Assembly: GCA_025786725.1 (NCBI GenBank)
Contig: JAHLTZ010000011.1
Location: 434,001 to 498,000 of the forward strand
Length of the DNA stretch: 64,000 nucleotides
From: Syncephalis fuscata S228
Taxonomy: Eukaryota > Fungi > Zoopagomycota
Direction of reading: 5' to 3'
Below are positions 1 to 18,778 of this stretch, one piece after another. The position numbers were made by a program, and so were the translations under genes. The stretch's first letter is position 1. Each line of letters begins with the position of its first letter. The notes under the pieces were generated by a model. It ran no database searches and had not been told where the DNA came from. It saw only the letters and a program-made list of their open reading frames with translations.

Positions 1-1611
1 TGAAGCAGACAACGGACCATGACTACCATTATTTTCAATGATAGCTGCAATGGCAGCTGGTCGGTGCTTTTGATCCATTGACATGACATGTCGATGCAAC
101 GAATCTGAATCTGCTGGACCCATTTCATGTCCTGTTGAATGATGTGGGTGATATGGGTAATGATGTGGATGATGTTGGCCATGGTGGTGTGCATGTTGCG
201 GTGAATGATGGTACGGATGCTGATACCGGTGGCCAATGGCTGACATGGGACGAGTCATTACTGAAGGCGCGTAGTCGAATGAACGACGTGGCTCACGAGA
301 CCGATGCATGTTTGCATTAGCCATACCCATCGAAGAGGTGTAATAGGATGAGTAGCCTGAGTCTAGGCTGACACGACGAAGACTACTTGGCGATAGTGGT
401 CGATGGCCAGGTATATCGCGTAGTGTATCATCTGGTGACGATGAAGTCGATGTCATCATCATCATATCGAATGACGTGCCATTATTGACGCCGCTCACTG
501 GTGGAGAGATTGGCTCGGGCGATTGAGAGTCACGTCCAGGTCGCATGCTATGCTTTTCACGCATATGTTTGGCATAGTCACCTCGCCGCTTAAAACGAAC
601 GCCACACATCTAACAGTGCATTAAAAGCCTATTAGTACGCATATAGTCTAGTTAAATAGCCATTATTCAAACCTACCTTGCAGCAATATGGATGCCAGTC
701 TAAATGGCCTCGTAAATGCATTTCAGCACCATAGGCACCAGTCAAACTAGTAAAGGTACAATTGACCCAGCGACAAGTGAATGCATGCCACGGCGTGGTC
801 GAGGTGTAAGATGTACAGACAGTATATGCTGCCAAATGGCATGTCCATCTGTAAATACTTTACCATCATCGCTATTACTATGTTATTGGCGTTAGTGCCG
901 GCATTATTGGATGTCGCATCGCTCGAGCTTGAATCGGATCTATTGGAATTGGACTGAAACCGAGCTGCATCACTCATAGGTGCCAACGAACATCCGTGCC
1001 ATCTACACCAGAATGGACCTTCTTTTGTGGCATCCCACGAGGTAGGCGGGTAGCTAGACATGGATGTTTGTTTGGTGCCCCACTCGGTGTCTCAGCGGTC
1101 GTTGTCGTGTGATGGCTCACACTGTGGCTGTGATCTAGTGCAGGTACACCATTTGCTGGATGAGCATGATTCGATACATTGTGTACTAATGGTACAGTGC
1201 CACGACGCGTCGGTGGGTGCATATGTGGAGAAGTTACCATATTGACTGATGGATGACTTATAGTAATCTTGTTATTGCTATGATTATTGTTGTTGGATGA
1301 CGTATTAGCATCATTATCGGACATTGATCTTGTACCTGAATCGACATCGGGTGAGGTACAGAAATTGCCAGTCATTGATGGCAAGCAATTGCCAAATTCC
1401 TCAGCCGTCGATGTTAAAGGTGTTCTCGGGAAGTGTTGGCCGACATCGAGGACGACAAAGGCCTAGTAGTGGGTGAAGGCGATGATAGCGGATCAAAATG
1501 AGTTGTATTCGAAGGCGGATTCGTCATATGCATCGTAACATCGGCGTGACTAGGTGGCGTCACTGCAATGGGCGAAGGGTGATGATAGATGGGCTGAGCG
1601 GTAGAACACAT
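1..1611 (-). CDS. C2H2 zinc-finger transcription factor, PacC/Rim101-like (3' end beyond window; apparent indel errors)
   Basis: Stitching minus-strand frames gives three fingers: FWCRWHGC...KVFTDGHAIWQHILSVH, FTCRWVNC...EMHLRGHLDWHPYCCK, then after an intron (~589-675) MCGVRFKRRGDYAKHMREKH. Two CxW fingers followed by a CG-FKR-D-KH finger is the PacC/Rim101 (tCWCH2/GLI-like) architecture. The start codon is uncertain (1611 or 1533). Confidence 0.7.
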
Positions 1612-2287
1612 GGACAAACACTGTCGGATATGGGCCAGTTGAGCCGACTCAAATGTAGAACGAAGCAAGTAGCGGCGGCAATAATGTTGATTATAATGAA
1701 GTGTGTGACTGCGGTCAAACTATTATACGAAAGATCAGTAATGCAATAAATACCAAAAGTAGCCCAAAAGAGTAGTGAAGCAAGCAATGCAAAGGCAAAT
1801 AAAAAAAGCGTAGAAAGTAACGTTAGTCCACTGCGTGAGCGATGCGCGTATCTGTGTTCAAAGATAAATAAAGTGGAGTAATCCTGAAAGTAAAGATAGT
1901 GAGTGAGTGAGTGAGGTAAAGAGACGAGTAAATAAGGCCAATCGTAGTGTAGATAATGGCCGAGTATAATTTATCAATAGCAATATAAATCGCGGTAAAA
2001 AAAACTACCGAGCAAGCAAACAATAACTAGAACGAAAGCGTACGAAAGAGCGAAGAGGAAGAGATGGATAGACTAAGGAACAGCAAGGAGTGACAAGTAA
2101 CGAGAATAAAGAATGACACACAGCATATGTGAAATGCATATGGCATGAGCAAAGGCGACGGCCAGGATGCAAACTAGAAACACAGTTCATACAAATCTCG
2201 TTCTGGGTGTTACCCCGTCACCAGTTATTGTCAGACATGCATGCACGTATACACACACGCCCGCCCATATAAAAACATATCTACTGT

Positions 2288-2360
2288 AGAGAGAGAGAGA
2301 AAATGGAAGAAATAGATAGATAGATAGATAGATAAGTAGATAGACAGAAGAGAGAGAGAA
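2288..2360. repeat. (GA)n/(GATA)n microsatellite
   Basis: agagagagagaga ... atagatagatagatagatagat read directly. Confidence 0.85.
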
Positions 2361-5300
2361 CAGACAAGTATTATATGCATATATAATGTGCATATTTCAT
2401 AACGCCAACCATCCCTTTGAAATAGAAAGGTTGTACGCCCATCCCCATACAAACACAAGTGCTTGAACGGCAACGGTGGTCGCGCGTTAAGGGTAGTGAC
2501 ATAATTCATAAAGGATGGAAAATAGCCATAGCGGCAAGCAAAGGCCAAATTCGCCTTGAATTGGCAAATCAGATCACATTCAGTGCATATAAGCTGGTGT
2601 GTTGTTAACGTGTGTGCGTATATAGAAAGAGTGATAAAAAAGCAAAGTGTATTACAGAATAGGTGCGACTAAAACGATCTTTTACAAATAGAACATCGAA
2701 TTTGTTGCTAAAAGCAGCGCTGACCGATAAACTAACCAACACTCACACACTAATAATGACTATTCGCTTCACAATAAAGATAACATCGATAGAATAGTGG
2801 TACATGGATATGGTATGTACTATCTCGATATCCTGCTAATCGAAAAACCATCACCAGTTTCACATTTCATTGTAACTTACCACTAATAAATAGTTTGGGA
2901 TGAACGAGGTGACTAATCTTTTTACGTGATATGAATGATGATATGACGGAAATGTGAATAATGTTGTTGCAATCGATAGATCTGTGTGTTGTTGTTGTCG
3001 TTGTTGTTAATGAAGGATTGGAGCACAAGGTGTTAATCGATTGAGTGAGCGATTGAAGGTTGCGCTAAACGTAAAATGTTGGCAATAAAGATTAATAAAT
3101 AATCGTATGGTGTTGCTAATGACGTGCAGATGTATTTTAAATGAAAGATGGGGTAGAATATAGAAAAGGATTGAAACGAACTATAGATCATAGGCGTGTG
3201 TGTCCATCATCTATTTCAGTGGTAGAATCTGCCTATGGGCAAATACAAGGCTATCGTACTCGCCTATAATACACAGTATCAATATAGCCAAAGGGGAAAA
3301 CGCTAAAAAAGGCATCAACAAAGGAGTTTTCGATAATTCTAGCAAGTTGCGTGCATGAATTGGTTGGCAGACAAACTCCGAGGTCCAAGGAAAGAAAAAA
3401 GACCGATGGTCAATGAAGATAGTGATGATGTCGTGTGCGAATAACTACAAACAGGGGGAAATGTTATCGCGATCCTTCTCCACATTATTATAAATTTTAA
3501 CGAAGATGCGATTGATGATTAGAAGAAACATTGTCGGTAATGTAAAACATATCAACAAATGTAATATAACTTTCTGCACCATTAATACAGTGTGACATGG
3601 AGGGATGGTGATTATGAGTGGTGGAAACAGATTTTTAGCCAAGTTTACTTACACAGCTCACCCATCCTTGAACATTTTTAAATTTTTTAAACTGTAGAGC
3701 AAGGGAAGCAATGGTTCTTAAGGCGTAAAAAAATTCCAAATTTGGGATTAATTAAAAGTCGCAGTATAGGGTTCAAGCCATTAGAGATGGGAATAATAAA
3801 CGATATTATAATGTACAATCCACTAATGGACAAGCAGGAACAATCAGATACAGCTGATTTGTCATAATATCATCGGGTTTACAATATGAGTTCTTAAAAT
3901 CTCATATTCAGCTGTGCCGTTTACTATACCAGCAAGGTATGATTTAAACACAGTATTTGAGAATAAGTATTTTGATAAGCATTGCGCTCTTCTAAAGAGG
4001 AATGAGCTGAAACGATGCACAAATATGCACAAATGGCATTGCTTCGAAGGGAATCACAACATACAAACAATACTTACAAATAAATAGCTACGTTATTAGT
4101 TCAGATAAATAATGAATAATTTCAATCAATATACTAAAACTGCCGCGCCTTAATTATAGGCAACACGTTAAATAAGAAAAGCTTAGGAAAAGCAATAATG
4201 GGGAAAGAGATGCCGATAGACGAAAATTTTAAACGTTTGAGTTGCACCAGCTAGAAGAAAGGCTGACGCGACATAGGCCAAGGCCTACGAGCCAAGAAAG
4301 AGAATAATGCTATCACGGGTCACACTGTAAACCGGATTAACTGCAGATCGGTTGTTCACGCCTGTGGCAGCCATTGGAGACAAGTAATTTCAAATAGATA
4401 TAGAACAATATATTCATTTCATAGTAATGCATTTCTGTCCATTCTTGTGGCATTTGTACGAATTGTACAACCGTAATGATATGGCTTTAGTCGTTTTACA
4501 TAAAAAGTACCTCACCGGTATAATATCATGGTGAGCTTGTGTACAGACACATGCATAGGACATCCAAGGCATTGTAACCGTAAACGCCTCACGCTATCAT
4601 AGCAAAGAGAAAAGATGAAAAATAAATAGAGAGAAATCGAGAGAACGATAATTATGGCAATCCATCATAATAGTGTGCTAATGTACAATAATAATATTAA
4701 TAAATATTACTATTAGCACTATTAATAACAACAACGATTAAATTATTAAGGTTAAGTCTTCCTGCTAAATACACTGCCGATGTCCAATTATCATAGGATA
4801 GTTGTATGACTATGTACGACTTAAGCAAAAAAAGAAATCGTCTATTGCACGCCAAGTATCATACCGACTTACCTTTACGTAATAAATGTAAACAGCTGCT
4901 CTTTACAAATATATTCGTGGCTGTGCGTCGTAATATCGTATATTTGCGAATAAAAAACGAGCGGGAAAGATAGAAGAGAATTGGCAATAAATACCACAAA
5001 TGCGTAAATTGGTTAAATTGGTTGGTTGGCGTAGCTTAAAGAATAAGCACTAAACTTGTCTTTGCTTATAGACCTTGCTAGTAAATGTAGACAAAATAAA
5101 GAGTAAAGAATGTTTGGAAACAAACGATAAAAGAAATATCTAGTAGACAAAACAATAAGCGGGTACTACTAGTAGCTAATTATTAGCGGAACAATTAAAC
5201 GCAACTATAATAAATAGAAAGAACGGATGTGGTCAAGCACTGATAAACAGCAATACACTATGCGCTGACGGAGTTGCTATGGTTTAGAAATTTGAAACGA

Positions 5301-8072
5301 AAGCGAAATGGCAAGTAGACGCCACAAAATTATAAGTGGTGCTGGACAGATTAACGAACGTCGTTAGCGTAGTAAGATAAGTGGCAGAGTAAGGTCGTTG
5401 AGGTGACGGGATTGGACAGAGAGTCGTATAAAAGTAATGGGTAACGGTTAGAGAACGTAATTAGAATTCAATCAGTAAAGTGGCGTAATAAGGTAAAGTA
5501 AAAAAGGTAGAGTAAGTTGCTGTTGGTATGAAGAAGCAATAAAAAGACGTGGTCCCGATAATTAGTTATTAATGGAAAGAAGCATGCTATATTGCAGTCG
5601 CGCAAGGGCCAAGGACACACACACACACTTACAACGCTCACGCTCACCTATAAAACATACACACTGACACACTGACACAGACAGACAACAACTGCGCCGT
5701 GGTGAAGGCGAGGGAATACAGGATGGAAATAGACGACGATGGTAGTAATGGCAGTGGAAACAAGTGAGGCGAGCAAAGCGGGGTAGGTCATTACTGGGCT
5801 GCTATAGCAGTAATTGGATGGCACGTGTGGAAATAGACATGCGTATTTGCTTGTTGGTCAGTAATAACAGGTTGCTCGCCTAGGGCTAATATGGCGATAG
5901 CGGTAACAATAACAACACAGTAGCAGTAATAAAATTAGCAATGATGGCCTACTGTTCTATTAATTACCATTAACACAAGCTGTATTTGGGTCGTCGACTA
6001 TGCTCAGCAGCATTTCTCAAATGGTCGGGGTCGCCTTTTTTGGCTTCAATGATGTCAGCGTGCAAGTAGAACGAACGTCCATCGAACACTTTCCTCGTAA
6101 GCATGCGCTTTACAAAATACTCATGCTCGTACATACCGGAACCACGTGAACCAAAGTATATGACGGGATTACATGGACATGAATAAAACCAGTTTATTTA
6201 CATTGTTATTAGCACCGTTATCCAGTAATGGCGGCGAGTTTCATAAACGAGACTGACCATAAACATAGAGAGCAACGGCGCCAAAACCAATGCTGGCCGC
6301 GACTTTCTTCCAGCTCGGCTTTACCTATCGATGGTCGCACACCGTGCACATGTACATTGCTCGATTAGTGTTTGAACTACGCGTGGTAGTGCCCCTATTC
6401 GGTCGACAACTATGCTGGTCTCCTTTTCGCTGTGCTCTAGGCTGTCGAATGTCGTTATTTGACGGCCTGACTATCTTTCGAGGGAAGCTTGTGTGCCACA
6501 TGCTATACTCTAGCATTGGTCGGTAAACCTACATTGCTCGTGGTATAGCCGGCAATTGAAATGAACTATTCAGTCCACAGCATGCCTTTTTAATACAGCA
6601 CAAAGGCGAACACACCAAAGTTACCGTTTTTGGTCGAGGTAATTTAGTAGAACCGTGTTGGTAAACATGACATTTCGCCAGTAGCATTCTAGTGAGTCGA
6701 TGACTGTATAACTAAGAAAAGGGGCTAGTGCTTGAATCAATCAGTTGTTGTTCAAAACGAAAAACTGGAAAGGTGGCCTAGGTAGAAATTGTTTCATAAT
6801 CGCGTTAGACCAGCGAGTGACTACTCATATACAAGGATCATTGTTAAATTAATTGGCATTGACTGTTTTTTGGATGATAAACCGATACAATCATACGAGC
6901 CCAATTGTATTCTGCTTCATGTCAAAACTAGCTACAAGGATTCAGCTAAAATTACCATGTTGCACTGTAACATTGTACCACTTGCCGTTAGAAAGTAGAA
7001 GCCATCCGAAACAATCTACTATGCTATGGCAATACACAAAAGCATGTAGACCCATCACGAAATTAGTGTCTATTACAGTGTTTGGATAAGTTGTACAATA
7101 GATCACGATATAACTATCAGTCAAACTTTATACTAGAAATCTGGACCGCTATCAATAAATAGGTAATTTCTGCATACAGTTCTACAGTAGTTACACATAG
7201 TGTTAATGTTTTCTACTTTTACATAGAAATGGTTACTTCTACTATTGTCATAATTTATAGTTTAATCAATCCAGTTGTATTAATTAAAATTGTTATTTTT
7301 GCTGTTGTTTTTTGCAAAAATTAGTATAATATATTAGTAATAGCTGATACAGTAGTGACATGTTGTTTTTTTAAATATATTAATACCAGCCGTCTATTTA
7401 GTTAGTTATCTTATTTGTTTCCATTAGTAATATTACACCAACAAGCGTATACTGTGCACTATTTCATTTTTAATTTTTTAGAAATATAAAAATTTACTAT
7501 TAATTAATTGATTTAAATAAAATGAATCAATTCTATAAAGCGTGGTGTATTATTCAACATTCCTATTGTATAATGATACTAACATATACTGTATACATCA
7601 TATTCTTTATAAACTTTAATTTACTTTATTCATTTCTATCATGGTGCTATATACATATTACAACTACAACACAGCAATTTATATACTTGCTATAGCATAT
7701 TCATTACAGTATATATTATTCGATCCTTTAGTAGCTACATTCTACTCGAAACTGTTGTCATTTTTAATACTAGCTATACTACTTGCAAGATTTAGCCTAT
7801 TTCGCTCTTTTCACTTATTGAGCTATATGTAATATAACTCATTACTGTCATTTCTACACTCTCCATATATATTCATTATGATATACTAAACTATACTCTT
7901 TAAAACTATTCTATTCAAGACTGTTGTCTGTTTGGTTCTAGCTGTACTGGTTGTAAAACTCGACTTATTTTGCTCGTGTATATACGCACACCATCATTAA
8001 TTTTTGATATTGTTTTTTGAGCGTGATTTTTTTAAATCGGAGTCGCCCTTTTCTTCTTTTCTTTATTGAATC

Positions 8073-11565
<3,493 letters not shown>

Positions 11566-11665
11566 ATCTTTTTATTCACACACACACACCACACAAATAA
11601 ACATCTTTTTGGTGAATAAAAGTGTAGACAAGTAGTAGTTAATTAATGTTATAGATTATAATAGA

Positions 11666-14600
11666 TTAGTCCTTTTTATCCTTGGGTTTTATAATCATTA
11701 CTGGTTCGTCGTCGTCGTCTTCTTCTTCGTCTTGCTCTTCTACAGATGTGACTTCTTCGGTTGTATCAACTTCTAATGTTATCGTTGTACTTGTCTGTTG
11801 TTCCTCTTTTCCTCTTCTGTTGTAATATTAATTGATTCATTCACCGTAGTAGTTGTGGTTGTAGTAGTTAGTTGTTATTATTGAACTAGTCTCCAACGTT
11901 GTAGTATCTGCCGTTGGTGATAATGAAGGTACTACTGATGGAAATAGTTCTTTCAAATTTGGATACCAACGATCAATACGAGCCATGTTGATTGCCATAA
12001 TTCTTGTTGAATAGTCATTTTACTTCTTCATCTCTTTCTACTACAACAGAAGGTGGTGCTACACTACTAAATAGTTCAAGGGCATGCATCACCATTAACA
12101 TGTTCTTGATTTGTTCACCTACAGCCTCAATCTATATACAATATAATTAGTATATTGATTCAATTATAACATACGACAACTTACACTTTGTGCATCACCA
12201 TCAGGTAACATGTAGGTTTCTGTGGCATCAAGTACACGGGTCCAACGGGTAATCACCGCATCTGATTGGTGAATATGCTGTAGATGATGTAGATAATATT
12301 TGCATAAAATCATATAGACTCGAAGGCGTACATCACTTAAATCACGTCCTGTTAATAATAACGTATCATCATCATTATTGTTGTTATTATCAGTTAATAT
12401 TGGACGATCAATTAGACGGGCATGCATTGGAAATAGTACACGATCAAGACATAATAATGGATCAATAGTAATGCCTGATGAGTAGATTAAACGATCAATA
12501 GAACCTAGTGCTTTAAATCGTACTTCACGTATTGGATGGATACAAAGACGTGCCAATCCATTTAATAATGGACACCATGTATTAAGACAATCTATAATCC
12601 ATTAATAACAGATTAATAACATATAATAGTATATAACATATAATAGTATATAATATAATAGTATATATAAATACTTACTTTCACGTAAATCATCTGATTG
12701 CATTGACAATTCATTGGCTTTGTTTGATAGTTGGAAAAGGCGTTCAACGACTTGTAAAGCACGTTCAGTGGCCAATGATCTACTTTATAATATTAATATT
12801 AATAATTAGTATATATATATATATATATATTATATTATATATTATATTACATATTACTTACTTTTTACCACTATTGGGTGGTGATTGTGTAGGTAATGTT
12901 GCTGAATTAGGACTAGATTGAACATCGTTATTCTTATTAGTTGGCGGTGATCGAATACGTAATGAAGCCAATTTAGACTTGGTTGAGTAGTTGTTGGTGA
13001 TGTAGTCTCTGATACTTCATCAACACTACCAAGTCCCATACTGGTTAATAGTTCAATACCAAATCCAAATCCAGTAAGATTATTTGTATGTTCTACTGCA
13101 GCATCAATTAGAGTAGTAATAAATGGTATAGCTGTGTCAACGCGCATGCATCGAACAATTAGACTGGCCAATCCATCCTGTTGTTCTCGTACTTGACTAT
13201 AACGATATAGTTAATATTAATACAGCTATACTATGTGTATTACTACAACTTACATAATACTAGAAAGACGGACTGTAATTAATGCTTTCATACATGAAGC
13301 CACTGATGTTGATGTCTCTACATCAAAGTAATCAGCCGGTAGTTGCACAACCCATTGAAGTGCCTTTAATCCACGAGTAAATAGTTCAATCTATAATTAA
13401 ACATGTAAATTGGACAATTACACTGATCTATAATCATAATAACTATACCTGATCCTCTGGAATCGATTGACATAACTGGAATAGATGAAATACTGCTCGT
13501 TGTACCATAAATGGATGGTATCGACTTGGATGTTCTAGAATGCCCTCAAGTCGTTTAATATAATAATTCCTAATGAATATTAGTTTATAGTCATTATTAA
13601 ATAAAATACAATAATTACCATAACATTAATAGATGGGCTGGATGTTGAATACCCATTTGTACGGCTAATTCAAGGGCAAATACCGCCAGTGGATCATATT
13701 CTGGACGGGTGGATTGTTTCGCTTATTATTATTATTATTATTGCTATTGCCACTACGACTATTGGCAGGTGATGTAGACCCGGCAGCTGCAGCTAATACA
13801 TTTGCCGGAGTCTGCCATGTTAATAAATGTACGACCCAATGACGAATAGATACGGCATCTTCCAATCTAGATATAATACATATATATATATATTGTTATT
13901 AATCGTGTTATATAAATGTTAAAGGTATTACGTACAATTGACCAGAGAAAGACTATTTAGTGGACATTGAGCAAAGCATTGTAGAGTATTTAAAGCCGCT
14001 GATATTTCTTCGGGCATTACTGGATCAGCCTCTGGATCATAGGTGGGCATAAGATAGTTTGATAATGCTGAAAAGATTGAACTTTCTCGCCCATTGGCTA
14101 AAGAAGCCGGATCCTCAATCTTAAATGGTAATGACTGCCATTCACCTGTAATAGAATCCTCATAAACAGTAAGTGATTCAGGAAGACAGGCAGCTCTAAA
14201 AGCGGTCATTACTACATCAAGTACCTAGATAGAAATACATATATCGTATATCCATTAATACTCTATATTGTTATCAATAGTCTATTGAATAACTTACCGT
14301 CATCCATCCATCATCTCTTAATCGATTACCGTGTTGTGATACAAGACGGAAGAAATGTACAGTAATTAATTGAGCCTTGTAATCACGACCAAATCTAATT
14401 GAAAGTGCAGTTACAGGCACTACTTGCTCAGTACGTGTTGTTTTATTCTCTGTATTTGCTTCATCGTTGGTACTTTCTGTTACACAGATACCACGTCGAC
14501 GTATACTGCTACTCATGTCGGCTGAGAGTCCATCGACTAGTCCTGTGCCGCCAGCAAGCATGGGCAATATTGTATCGAATACATCAGACATGTCAAATAT

Positions 14601-17600
14601 AGACGACAATTCTGCACATAATCGGATGCCATCAAGGGCAAGTTCAAGTACTGCATCAGTATTGGCTCGTTCAAGTGCTATTATTAGTATAACAATAGAT
14701 TAGTCTAAATGGTCTATTAATAGTCTATTATAGTCACTTACCACTACCAAATAGTGTCAAAAAAGTACGTCCAAATTCTTTAAATAGAATGCGATCATAT
14801 CGTCCATCCATACACATAACGAGCTCCTCTATATTAATTAATGATATAATTGTTAGTATATAATCAATGATAGTTATATGATACTTACCTCGTTCAGGAG
14901 CATTGTGTACCATTTCTTTCCAAGCATACATAAATCCTAGTTGACCTTCATGTTCCTCGGGCATTAAAATTTCATCATCACGTATAACGTTATAGATATT
15001 TGTCTATAGTAATTGTATATTATAATTAGTAAACAAATAGCAATTGTTATATTAATAATGGTTAATTACCAGAAATTCAATATCAAAATCTTTGTCACCA
15101 TTAACACCACGTAAATTCCTCATATAATCTTCAATTTTCATTCGATACTATAATATTAATATTATTAATATTATTATAATATATATTTATATGTATATTT
15201 ATACGTACTTTCACCTGAGGACTATGTAAATCAGTGTTTAACAAGATAATTGAAAAGGCTAGCACATAGGTTGCCTCTTGAGTCGCCAAATATTCTAATA
15301 ATAGTCGTTAATATTAGTATTTATGAAATTAGACTACAGCCATTATAATAACAATAATAATATACTTACCAGGATTTAATTCAAAGTAAACACGTGAAAA
15401 TGTCTCAACAATGCGATCAATTTGTTGAGATTCACCAGGAAGTCTAAAACTTTCTAACAAAAGCCGTAATGCTTCATCAATTCGTTTCTATTTATTATAA
15501 TCAGTTAATTTACGTAATTTCATTATTGATAAATTCCACTTACACCTCGGAAATCAAATTGCCGCATAAATGCTTCAAGTGTTCCTTGGCTTTTTTGATT
15601 AGCAAGAAATTCGCCCAATTTTGTTTTATTCACATCCGGTGTTGTTTGGAAGAAATGAGCCAGTGCTTTTTCTTGTTCAACTGTTTCACCAAAGGCTGGA
15701 ATAATGCCATGTTCTATCATAGATGTACGTATTTAATAAATAGTTTATATTCTATTATATTCTATTGCTATTACCTTGTAGAAAACGGACACCTTCTTTC
15801 GGTGAATGATTAAATCGACTGGTTGCATCGTGTAATAGTCGCTTCTTGGCCTTTAATGCTTCAAGTCCGTAACACTGGGCAATGCTAAAGTGGTCGAATC
15901 GTGTGGCATTTGTCATCGACATTCTGAGTGGCACGGACTACCATCGTCTCCATAAGCTGTATAAGAACACGTTGGCACTGTCTGCCAGTTGTACCCTCGC
16001 ACACCGTACATAGATAGGCAAGTAATGCATCAACCATATTGCGTCGACTCAGCTGGCAGTCATAATTTAGCCATAGAGTAGGAGCTAGTGCCTCCAAATT
16101 GGATACTCGAACCAACGTATCAAGTAACCGTAGTCGATACTCTGTCGTAGAGAAATGACGAGTAGCTCTAACGAGTAGTTCTGCATCTGATAATTTTAAT
16201 CGACGTAGCAGTAGATCGACCAGCAATTCAAATTGACGAGTAACATAAGGTCTTAGCGTATCAAATACTGCAACAATCACTTTGAATACAACATTTAGCA
16301 GTAGTATTTTCTCCGTATGAATTAGCTATAATTATGGATTAATATAATGCCAAATGTTCAACGATACTACTCTTACTTGGAAGGTGTATGCCAACAGATC
16401 GTCGACGATTAAACGACGAAGACTGCCAAAATGACCCAAACTGCTACCGCCTGTTTCAATGGCGGCAAGTAGAATATTTAGTGCAGTCATACGAATAGTA
16501 TCGGTATATCGTAGATTATGTGGGTCACATAGAGAAATAAGAACACGAAGTAATTCATGCAGTGATGCTGGTCCATAAGGTAGCATAGCTTGTACGGTGC
16601 CTATATCATTGCAAGTATTAGAGCTAAATGTATATATCTATTCAAATGCTTACTGGGACTAGTAGGAATGGGGCTTGGTTGACGAATAGCTGCTGTATCT
16701 GCCGTTAATAGTTCTCCCTTTGATTTGTCACTGTTGGGAGGTTCATTTATTGTATCTTGACTTGTTTGCGTGTCAGGTGCTTTAACAGATAAATCAGCAT
16801 GTACTGTAACGTGTACTTCAGGATCAGCGATTGATATAGATTTGCTTGATGCTTGTTCCTCTAAATCTCGTAGACTAGTAACTGGTTAATTCTGCTTTGT
16901 TATCCATGCTACTGTATCTATTACCTTGAAAACAATACTCTTACAAATGTAGTCATACAATTCTCGGACATTCTTCGTATACTCTCTAATTATACAGACT
17001 ATAAATAATGGCCACTTATGTTGTATCTATATTCTTACCATCCAATCGCATTTGACAGCACAGACTAAGTCCAATTTCCAATAGTTCACATACACCCACG
17101 TCATCCATTAATCGACCACATGGTGAGACTGTCACTGCTTGTATGGCCAATAGCATACGTACAAGAATAAGATGATCAGCTGATGATTCTGATACAGAAT
17201 CACGACATTTAGCCATAGAAGCAGTAAAGCCGCGTAGTGCTTCAGGTACACCTGACGTTGTTTCCCCTAATAGAAATAGTAACGGTGTCGTATAGATTAG
17301 ACAAAAATATATGTATATAGATGCATATAACCTACGAATAATACCGTAGACAAAAAACTTCTCCAAACTATGAAGGGCGGTACTACGTACCACTATGCTG
17401 CTGCTTGCAGAGCGAACAACTGTTAGAAATGGGGATACAATTTCGGCTGCACTCAAGTCTTTAAAATCTGTCGAATGATTGTTAGTAACAAAAATGGCTA
17501 TTTGTGGTGTTAATAACATATTATAATATTTACCTTCTTGACGTTCGGTCAATTTGACTCGAAGTGCTTCGAAATGAGCCCACATAGTGCCCTGTAGCCC

Positions 17601-18009
17601 ATTATACGTAAGTAATTCGTCTTGGCACTGAATAGTAGAGTACTACATCACCACGTAGCTCGGAAGCACTCGAGGCGCCGCCTGACATTGATCTGGGCGG
17701 AGTAGGCCATGGAAACCCTTCAATACGTAGGCCCACTTCTTTACCAAGACGTCCTTCAAACGCCACTGGTTCTGCTGTAGTAAAGGCCGTTGCGGTTGAG
17801 CGATCTTGTCGTAAGAGCGACTGAATACTCGTCACCTCAGAGATCACTAGTTCAGCTGCGTCCATCTCCGTATAGACGCAGAACTGCGACGGAGACGACG
17901 CCATCGGACCCGTTGACTGGTGATGACGATGAGAACGTGGCTGATAGTTGGTTAGCAAGCGTTGCGGGTTTAATGAAGTACGACGCCGACTCGTAACCGG
18001 TGATTGCAT
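11666..18009 (-). CDS. GEA2: Sec7-domain ARF guanine-nucleotide exchange factor, GBF1/Gea1/Gea2 type (multi-exon)
   Basis: DCB-like FLTVVRSASSSIVVRSTALHSLEKF, HUS box LWLNYDC, Sec7 catalytic FRLPGESQQIDRIVETF and YVLAFSIILLNTDLHSPQV, GBF1 motifs PYGPASLHELLRVLISL and FGRDYKAQL, and C-terminal HPIREVR. The 3' boundary is approximate. Confidence 0.9.
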
Positions 18010-18778
18010 AATATTGGACTAACTCTGAGTACTATATATATAGGGGATACAGTGCAAGGAGTGTTGTATATATTTAACAAAGGCTGGGAAAGAACAGAAT
18101 AAGAGAAGTAGCAACTATAAATGTCGATAATAGTGATGATAATAATAATAATAATAATAACAGTCGTAACAAAGATTACACATAATTGGATATCCGATAA
18201 TTAAATAAATGGACAAACTGGTTATATTCTTAGAATGCGCAATACATTTAAAGCTAATTTATAGGCATTCAGTAAAATAAAAACATTAATAAATAAAAAG
18301 TGTATTTATGTAACAGTACAATTTTACTGATTTATATCAATCAATATTTAAATTAATATTGCTCTTGATAATTTTATTCATTTCTTGCTGTTATTAGCAA
18401 TAAATGTAATTTTCTGCTAATTTATTATCTGCTCATGCATAAAAGATATAATCATGCTTGTTTATTTTGTATCCATGCTGACATCTTATTATAAATAACG
18501 CTAAGTCATATTTTTATAAATTTTTGATGATATTGCAATAAAGTATATAATCAAGTTTGTGATCTGATTTGTGTTTAGTCAAGCAATAAAAGTAAGTGAA
18601 TAACATAAACAATAATTTTAGTTTAGTTATAACTACTATCAACAAATTGATACATGTATTTTAGCTAAAGCAATCTTGAAATTAAGCTAATAAATGTGAG
18701 TAAAAATAAACAATTATTATTATTTATTGCATTATGGTTAATTTTTACTTCGACTCTTACACCTTAAATCCCCAAAGG

